From a virus (taxonomy: Duplodnaviria > Caudoviricetes), in the IMG/VR virus record IMGVR_UViG_2866474162_000001, positions 11,688-75,687 of that record: a stretch of 64,000 bases of DNA. One strand, 5' to 3'. The position numbers were made by a program, and so were the translations under genes. The notes below the pieces were generated by a model. That model saw only the letters and a list, made by a program, of their open reading frames with translations, was not told the DNA's origin and made no database searches. Positions 58,575 through 64,000 of this stretch are shown here, one piece after another (the first letter of the stretch is position 1; each line of letters starts with the position of its first letter).

Positions 58575-59488
58575 GCGAGGGCGGGAGGCCGGGCCTGGCG
58601 GTGCCGGTGAAGGCGCTCGCCGAGGCGGTGCTGGAGAAGGCGGTCCGGCTCGGGCTGACGTGGCGGCTGCGGCCGGCGACGGTGACGAGCGTGGCCAGCG
58701 ACGGGACAATCCGGGCGCTGCACGACGGCGACACCCAGGCGATCCGGGTGACGTCGATGATCGGCGCGGTGCCGGTGCGCTCCCGGGTGATGGTGATGAA
58801 GTCGCCGCCGGCCGGGAACCACATCGTCGGCCTGGTCGGCTCGCCGGGTACGGGCGCGCCGACGGGGCCGGTGCAGGCGTTCACGCAGAGCGGGACGTTC
58901 AAGGTGCCGGCCGGCGCGCGGTGGATCCGGGCGTACGGGGTCGGCGGCGGCGGTGGTGGCGGCGGGGTGACCGGCGTGTCCGGCGGCAACGGCGCGGCTG
59001 GTGGCGGCGGTGGCGGCGGCTACTGCGAGAGCGTGTGGTCGGCGGCCGAGCTGCCCGCCGAGGTGCAGGTGACGGTCGGCATCGGCGGCGCTGGCGGGGC
59101 GTTCGGGGCCGGCGGCACGGGCGGGGACACGAGCTTCGGGGGGCTGTGGACGGCTGGCGGCGGCGGCTCCGCCCCCGGGGTGAGCGCGATCGTCGGCGAC
59201 CAGGCCGGCGGGCGCGGCAGTGGCGGCAGCGCGGTGGGCGGGAACGTGCTGAACTCGCCTGGCGAGTACGGCGACTACAACCGGACCCTCGACTCCCGGC
59301 ACACGTTCCGGGGCAAGGGCGGCAACTCGCTGCTCGGGTTCGGGGCGAACTCGTCCGGGTCGGTCAGCGGTGACGCGCCGAGCGCCCTCGGCTGGGGTGG
59401 TGGCGGGGCCGGCGCGATCGGCCAGGCGACGTCGCGGCGTGGTGGCAGCGGCAAGGGCGGCCTGGTGATCGTGGAGGTCGTCTACTGA
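58571..59488 (+). CDS. Glycine-rich tail fibre/minor tail protein
   Basis: FTQSGTFKVPAGARWIRAYGVGGGGGGG...GGKGGLVIVE. Confidence 0.78.
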   Translation: MSEGGRPGLAVPVKALAEAVLEKAVRLGLTWRLRPATVTSVASDGTIRALHDGDTQAIRVTSMIGAVPVRSRVMVMKSPPAGNHIVGLVGSPGTGAPTGPVQAFTQSGTFKVPAGARWIRAYGVGGGGGGGGVTGVSGGNGAAGGGGGGGYCESVWSAAELPAEVQVTVGIGGAGGAFGAGGTGGDTSFGGLWTAGGGGSAPGVSAIVGDQAGGRGSGGSAVGGNVLNSPGEYGDYNRTLDSRHTFRGKGGNSLLGFGANSSGSVSGDAPSALGWGGGGAGAIGQATSRRGGSGKGGLVIVEVVY

Positions 59489-59510
59489 CCGCCTGACTTG
59501 GCCTTGGAAA

Positions 59511-59548
59511 CAGCGCAGCCCCGGATCGCGAAATCCGGGGCTGTGCTG
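59511..59548 (+). terminator. Terminator ending the tail operon
   Basis: CAGCGCAGCCCCGGAT-CGCGAA-ATCCGGGGCTGTGCTG. Confidence 0.7.
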
Positions 59549-59610
59549 CGTTCACGTGGAGACACCAGCATAGCGGCCCGCGTCGACGGCGAGCAAAGCG
59601 CCGCGCCGCC

Positions 59611-59661
59611 GTACATACAATATTGACGCATGGGCCCGATTTCGATACAATGTCTTTGTAC
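59611..59661 (+). promoter_or_regulatory. Strong sigma70-type promoter TTGACG-N17-TACAAT with overlapping operators
   Basis: -35 at 59623, -10 at 59646; ATACA-ATGTCTT-TGTAC plus a degenerate box 34 bp upstream. Confidence 0.8.
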
Positions 59662-59690
59662 GTATCGCCGCCCCTATCAGGAGGTTTGGA

Positions 59691-60617
59691 GTGGGCAAGG
59701 CATTGGTCGTGGCCTGGGGTCACGAGTTCGTGGACGAAGTGGTGGACGCCCTCGGCGACGCCGAAGTGGACGTCGTGGTCGGCAAGCCGACCGTCGCGCA
59801 GTGGCGCAGAGCGCCGCTGGTGCTGATCGACGCCCGCGTGCTGACGCTGGCGGCCGGGATGCCGGCGCACCCGCGGATGGTGGTCGTCGCTCCGGAGAAG
59901 CTGGACGGTGACCGGCTGGTCGCCGCCGCCCGCGGCTGGCAGGCCGAGTACCCGGACGTGCCGGTGTACCACCTGCCGACCGGCGCGCAGGCCGTCCGGC
60001 AGTTGGTCGCCGAGGCGGCCAACGGCCAGGCGGCCGAGGTGCGGATCGGCGTGGTCGGCGGCCACGGTGGCGCCGGGGCGACGACCCTGGCGGTGGCGCT
60101 GGGGCTGGTCGCGGCCGAGGAGGGGCGGCGCACGCTGCTCGTCGACGCGGCCGGGCGTGCCGGCGTGGACGACCGGCTGGGCACGCCGGCCGACGAGCTG
60201 CGCGTGGTCGACGAGTCGTTCCAGCCGCTGCGGGCGGTCGAGCGGCACGCCGCCGAGGTGAAGGTGGTCGACCTGGACCGGGCGCTGGACGCCGGCCAGG
60301 TCGAGGTCGCCCGGCAGTGCGACATGGTGCTGCTGGTCGCCAACGCGGGGCGCAACCCGATGGCCAGCCGGCGGGTCGCCGCGAAGCTGTCCGAGCAGGG
60401 CGTGCGGTGGGCGCTGGTGCCGACGTGGATGCACGACACGGTGGCGCAGGAGATCGCCCGGGAGTTCGCGGTGCGGCTGCTGGACGAGGTGCCGCTGGAG
60501 CCGCCGTCGATCTTCTCGGACGGGCGGGTGCACCTGCTGGACCGCTGCCCTCTCCTCGACCTGGCGCGGGACCTGCTGCGCAGCGCGCCGTACGCCGCCG
60601 CCCGGGTGGCGGCCTGA
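59691..60617 (+). CDS. Ssd/CpaE-like MinD-ParA superfamily protein
   Basis: Receiver-like N-terminus; IGVVGGHGGAGATTLAVALG; TLLVDA; VVDLDR. Confidence 0.7.
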   Translation: MGKALVVAWGHEFVDEVVDALGDAEVDVVVGKPTVAQWRRAPLVLIDARVLTLAAGMPAHPRMVVVAPEKLDGDRLVAAARGWQAEYPDVPVYHLPTGAQAVRQLVAEAANGQAAEVRIGVVGGHGGAGATTLAVALGLVAAEEGRRTLLVDAAGRAGVDDRLGTPADELRVVDESFQPLRAVERHAAEVKVVDLDRALDAGQVEVARQCDMVLLVANAGRNPMASRRVAAKLSEQGVRWALVPTWMHDTVAQEIAREFAVRLLDEVPLEPPSIFSDGRVHLLDRCPLLDLARDLLRSAPYAAARVAA

Positions 60618-60634
60618 CCATCCCCGGCGGTGCC

Positions 60635-60651
60635 GTACATTGACGTTGTAC
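60635..60651. promoter_or_regulatory. Single RTACA-N7-TGTAY operator upstream of the HTH gene
   Basis: GTACA-TTGACGT-TGTAC. Confidence 0.7.
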
Positions 60652-60679
60652 GGAAACCGGCCGTGGGAGGAGAGGAACA

Positions 60680-60982
60680 GTGAAGGTGAACCAGGCGAAG
60701 TTGAAGGCGGTCACACGGCGGATCGCGGCCGACCTGATGACGCCGGGCCCGGTGGAGATCCCCTCGATGGTGGGGCTCAAGGAGCTGGTTCGCATGTTCG
60801 GCGTGAAGGACAACACGCCGTACCAGTGGCGGTCCAAGGGCCAGCTGCCCAAGGAGGACGGCGAGGTCAGCAACAACCCACAGTGGAAGCTCATGACAAT
60901 CTACGCCTGGGCCGAGAAGACCAACCGGAAGATCGTGTGGGACCCGTGGGACGTCCTCGAAGCCGACGGCGAGGCGGCGTAG
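60680..60982 (+). CDS. AlpA/MerR/Xis-like HTH DNA-binding protein
   Basis: MVGLKELVRMFGVKDNTPYQWRSKGQLP...PQW...IYAWA. Confidence 0.72.
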   Translation: MKVNQAKLKAVTRRIAADLMTPGPVEIPSMVGLKELVRMFGVKDNTPYQWRSKGQLPKEDGEVSNNPQWKLMTIYAWAEKTNRKIVWDPWDVLEADGEAA

Positions 60983-61174
60983 AGATGAGCAGCGCCGATC
61001 CCATTGCGGCCCTACACATCCGGTGTAGGGTGCCGGAAAACGCACCGACCCCGCCAGGCGGTCATCTGGCGGGGCCGAAGGTGAACCCGGAACGGAGAAG
61101 AACGGGTCGCAAGCGCATCGTACGCCAGTTCGGGCGACGGTGCGCTGGCGGCGCTGCACAGAGAGGCCGCCTGC

Positions 61175-61864
61175 ATGGTGGACCGGTGGACGGTCGAGCG
61201 CGCGGTCAGGAGCAAGGAGTGCGACCTGGAGCCTCCTGGTCGGCACCTCGTCCTGACGCTGCTCACCTGGTGCGACCCCAAGACGGCGATGATCCCCGAG
61301 CGGTTCACGCCGAGCCTGACCGATCTCCAGCACGCGACGGGCATGGTCCGGTCGACGGTCACGAAGTGGCTCAACCGACTGGAGGGCAAGGGCGGGGAGG
61401 ACGGCGAGGAGCGCCCGGAGCGCAAGTGGGTGTGGCGCGAGCGGCCGACGGTCGCGGACGCCCGGCGCAAGAAAGCGAAGACGTGCTATCGGCTGGACGT
61501 GCCGCCGGACCTTCTGCGCGTGCTCCTCGAGAAGGGGGTAGTTGGTCCGCGTGCCGGACCAGCCGCGCCCGAATCGCCCGGGTCTGGTAGTCCGGTGGAC
61601 GGACCAGTGAAGGGCCAAGTTGGTCCGGCACGCGGACTAGAGCTAGTCCGCCAGACGGACCGAGTTAGTCCGCCACGCGGACTCAATACATACAGAGAAC
61701 CAATGGAACCGGTTGGGGGCCGTACCGCGAGCGGTGTCGACCACCGGTACGTCGAGGGGCCGAACGGCGCATGTGCCCATCCCGGGTGCAGGAAGTCGGC
61801 TCCGCTGCACGGGCCCGCGCTGCGGGCCGTGCCCGAGAAGGGAAGGAGAGTGATCGGGGAGTGA
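61175..61864 (+). CDS. Winged-helix replication-initiator-like protein
   Basis: RHLVLTLL...TPSLTDLQHATGMVRSTVTKWLNRLE; an internal repeat array follows the HTH. Confidence 0.65.
   Translation: MVDRWTVERAVRSKECDLEPPGRHLVLTLLTWCDPKTAMIPERFTPSLTDLQHATGMVRSTVTKWLNRLEGKGGEDGEERPERKWVWRERPTVADARRKKAKTCYRLDVPPDLLRVLLEKGVVGPRAGPAAPESPGSGSPVDGPVKGQVGPARGLELVRQTDRVSPPRGLNTYREPMEPVGGRTASGVDHRYVEGPNGACAHPGCRKSAPLHGPALRAVPEKGRRVIGE
61543..61684. repeat. Five GTCCG-N5-CGGAC palindromes (candidate origin iterons)
   Basis: 7-bp half-sites T(A/G)GTCCG start at 61543, 61588, 61621, 61644 and 61666. Confidence 0.8.
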
Positions 61865-62109
61865 GGGTGTACCTCGCGCCGGTCGACGTCGCGCAGTGCG
61901 CGACGTGCAGCGGCGTGCTCGTGGCCGCCGGAGACGACTGGCGGCACCGCGAGGGCACGGGTTGCACCGAGCTGGCCGAGCCGGTGATCTGCCGGTACCC
62001 GGACTGCGGCCTGCCGGCCGCTGTCGGGAGCGAGGCTTGCGCGGGCTGCGCGGGTGCTTTTTCGTCGGTCGTAGGTGTCGGGTCGCAGTGCTCGGCGGCG
62101 ACCGTATAG
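61861..62109 (+). CDS. Small Cys-rich protein
   Basis: GTGA overlap; CATC, CRYPDC, CAGC. Confidence 0.55.
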   Translation: MRVYLAPVDVAQCATCSGVLVAAGDDWRHREGTGCTELAEPVICRYPDCGLPAAVGSEACAGCAGAFSSVVGVGSQCSAATV

Positions 62110-62148
62110 AATCTATGTAGGACGTTCGTTCACGTGGAAAGGAACGAC

Positions 62149-63237
62149 ATGAGTTCGAGGTTCATGCCAGCCAGCCGGAAGCAGGCGAAGGCGCGGATCG
62201 CCCTCGCCGGGCCGAGCGGTGCCGGCAAGACCCTGACCGGGTTGAAGCTGCTCTACACGCTGACCGGCGCGCAGACCGTCGCCGACGGCATCGAGCGGAT
62301 CGCGTTCGTCGACACCGAGCGGGACTCGGCGGACAAGTACGCGGTCAACCCGGAGCTGCCGGGCGTCGGCGACATGACGCCGGACGAGGCGGGCGGCTAC
62401 GGGTTCTCGAAGATCAGCCCGGTGCGGTACGACCCGCGGCAGCTCGTGGAGCTGATCGACGAGGCGGCCCTGGCCGGGTTCACGGGCTTCATGCTCGACT
62501 CGGCGTCGCACTACTGGTTCGGGCCGGGCGGCATCCTGGAGCTGGTCGACCTGTTCGCCCGCAACCACGGCGGCCGGTCGATGGACGGCTGGAAGGACGT
62601 GCGCCCGATCGAGCGGGCGTACATCGAGGCGCTGATGAGCTTCCCCGGGCACGTCGTGGTGTGCCTGCGGTCGAAGCAGAAGTACGAGATCACCGAGGGC
62701 AGCGACGGCAAGAAGCAGGTGTCCAAGCTGGGCATGCAGCCCGACCAGCGCGACGGGCTGGAGTACGAGTTCGACCTGGTGGGCGACCTCGACCAGGACC
62801 ACTACCTGCGGGTGACGAAGAGCCGGTGCGTGGCGCTGTCCAACCAGGTGATCCACAAGCCGGACGCGGAGCTGGGCCACCAGCTGCTCGACTGGCTGGA
62901 CAACGGCGAACCGCCGAAGGACCTCGACTGGCCGAAGGTCCTGGCGGCATGCGCGTCGCGGGAGGACCTGTCCGTGCTGTGGCAGCGGGCGCAGCGCCTC
63001 GGCAAGACGCAGAAGCTGCGGGACGCCTTCAACGCGCGGGGCGCGGAGATCGCCGCCGCGCGGCGAGCGGCCGAGGCCCCGGGCACCCAGCTCGACAACG
63101 CGCTGACCGAGGCGGCCGGCGCGCGCAGGTCCGACCCCGACGAGTCGGAGGAGGCTGGCGCGCAGCAGTCCCGCGACGCGGCGCGGATGGCGCGGGCCAA
63201 CGGCCGGCAGCCCGAGACGGCGGGAGCGGCCCGGTGA
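62149..63237 (+). CDS. AAA ATPase (AAA_24/Sak4-like recombination protein)
   Basis: IALAGPSGAGKT, AFVDTE, LDSASHYW, VVCLRSK, QRDGLEYEFD. Confidence 0.82.
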   Translation: MSSRFMPASRKQAKARIALAGPSGAGKTLTGLKLLYTLTGAQTVADGIERIAFVDTERDSADKYAVNPELPGVGDMTPDEAGGYGFSKISPVRYDPRQLVELIDEAALAGFTGFMLDSASHYWFGPGGILELVDLFARNHGGRSMDGWKDVRPIERAYIEALMSFPGHVVVCLRSKQKYEITEGSDGKKQVSKLGMQPDQRDGLEYEFDLVGDLDQDHYLRVTKSRCVALSNQVIHKPDAELGHQLLDWLDNGEPPKDLDWPKVLAACASREDLSVLWQRAQRLGKTQKLRDAFNARGAEIAAARRAAEAPGTQLDNALTEAAGARRSDPDESEEAGAQQSRDAARMARANGRQPETAGAAR

Positions 63238-63770
63238 GCGCCGTGCAGCAGCAGGCCATGCGGGCAGCGGTGTTGAAGGCCCTGATGGACGAGGTGCGCA
63301 AGGCGTACGACGCCGCGCGGGCCGACGCCGACAGCAGCCTGGTCGAGCTGAACGGCGAGCTGGGCGTGACGACGATCGAGGTCCGGCTGCCGGGCTACGG
63401 CGCGGCCGTGGCGCAGGTGACGCTGACCGAGCCGAAGACCGGCTTCGTGGTCGACGAGGGCAAGTTCGTCGACTGGTGCAGGTTGGAGCACCCGACCGAG
63501 GTGCAGACGACCGTCCCGGCGCCCGTCGACACCGTGCGGCCGGCGTTCCGCAAGGCGCTGCTAGGCCGGATGCGGGTCGAGCGGGACGGCACGGTGGTCG
63601 ACGGCGAGACGGGCCGGGTCCTCGACTTCGTGGAGGTCGCGGAGCCGCCGCCGCCGTCGACGACGCTGACCTTCAAGAAGGGCGGCCGGGAGGAGGTGGC
63701 GGCAGCCTACCGGGACGGTCGGCTGGCGCTACCGGAGCTGCTGGCGCTGCCGGCGGCCGAGCAGGAGTGA
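63234..63770 (+). CDS. Phage hypothetical protein (recombination region)
   Basis: GTGA overlap; VVDGETGRVLDFVEV. Confidence 0.65.
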   Translation: MSAVQQQAMRAAVLKALMDEVRKAYDAARADADSSLVELNGELGVTTIEVRLPGYGAAVAQVTLTEPKTGFVVDEGKFVDWCRLEHPTEVQTTVPAPVDTVRPAFRKALLGRMRVERDGTVVDGETGRVLDFVEVAEPPPPSTTLTFKKGGREEVAAAYRDGRLALPELLALPAAEQE

Positions 63771-63841
63771 GCGGGTGCGGGGCCGGGCGGAGGGCGACCT
63801 TCGCCCGGCCCCGCGCCACATCGGAGCCGGGGAGGTGGGCG

Positions 63842-64000
63842 GTGACGATCGACGCGCGGCTGGTCCGTGACAGCCTGGTCGACGTGGAGGCGTTCGCCGC
63901 CGCCGCCGAGGCCGGCCCGGTCGGGGTGTGCGACTCCTGCGGCGGGCTGCTCGACGGCTCGGTGCCGGAGGGCGGCGGCCTGGTGTGGCTGACGACCAGC
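63842..64000 (+). CDS. Hypothetical protein (runs off right edge)
   Basis: GGAGG RBS, GTG 63842; CDSC motif. Confidence 0.5.
   Translation, partial: MTIDARLVRDSLVDVEAFAAAAEAGPVGVCDSCGGLLDGSVPEGGGLVWLTTS

Noticed and set aside
60640-60670. TTGACG inside the operator as a promoter -35
   Set aside because: No TANNNT 16-19 bp downstream.
60985-61174. Gene starting at ATG 60985 (frame of 60640-61590)
   Set aside because: Poor codon bias, contains a hairpin, and overlaps the better rep-like ORF.
61543-61684. Repeat array as a CRISPR or mini-CRISPR
   Set aside because: Units are 19-bp palindromes with 3-26 bp gaps inside a coding gene; no unique spacers and no cas genes.
1256-62138. TTCACGTGGA as an extended Shine-Dalgarno or merely a restriction/methylation site
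   Set aside because: The 5' part is not complementary to the 16S 3' end, and the strict strand and position bias does not fit a palindromic CACGTG site.
29-64000. Many long overlapping ORFs in the track (for example 1069-3393, 27748-29607, 32411-36841, 35356-38421, 51689-55867)
   Set aside because: Arg/Pro/Ala-rich shadow frames of high-GC3 genes, with no motifs or RBS.

Overview
High-GC actinomycete DNA (probably Micromonosporaceae; inferred from gene content) dominated by one temperate-phage-derived element. It contains a siphovirus head module (27-35 kb: portal, MuF-protease fusion, two capsid proteins), an early-gene block between head and tail (35.8-40.8 kb) and tail genes (41-59 kb). 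An opposite-strand lysis cassette and an XRE/DUF397 block lie between the tail chaperone and tape measure genes. Early/replication genes run from 59.7 kb to the right edge. A ParB-led operon at 1.3-4 kb belongs to the same element, because it shares three cis-motifs with the 35-64 kb region: a palindromic RTACA-N7-TGTAY operator over TACAAT promoters, a TTCACGTGGA start-associated box, and GTCCG-N5-CGGAC iteron-like palindromes. Between these parts sits about 23 kb of cargo: an Mrr-like nuclease hit by IS3, a GIY-YIG nuclease, an ATP-dependent ligase, a WXG100/YbaB cassette, a RAMA-domain protein, a nuclease-NACHT protein and a type I RM system with frameshifted hsdM. No terminase, integrase, rRNA, tRNA or CRISPR array was recognised. 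Product calls come from motif recognition by eye; no database search was run.
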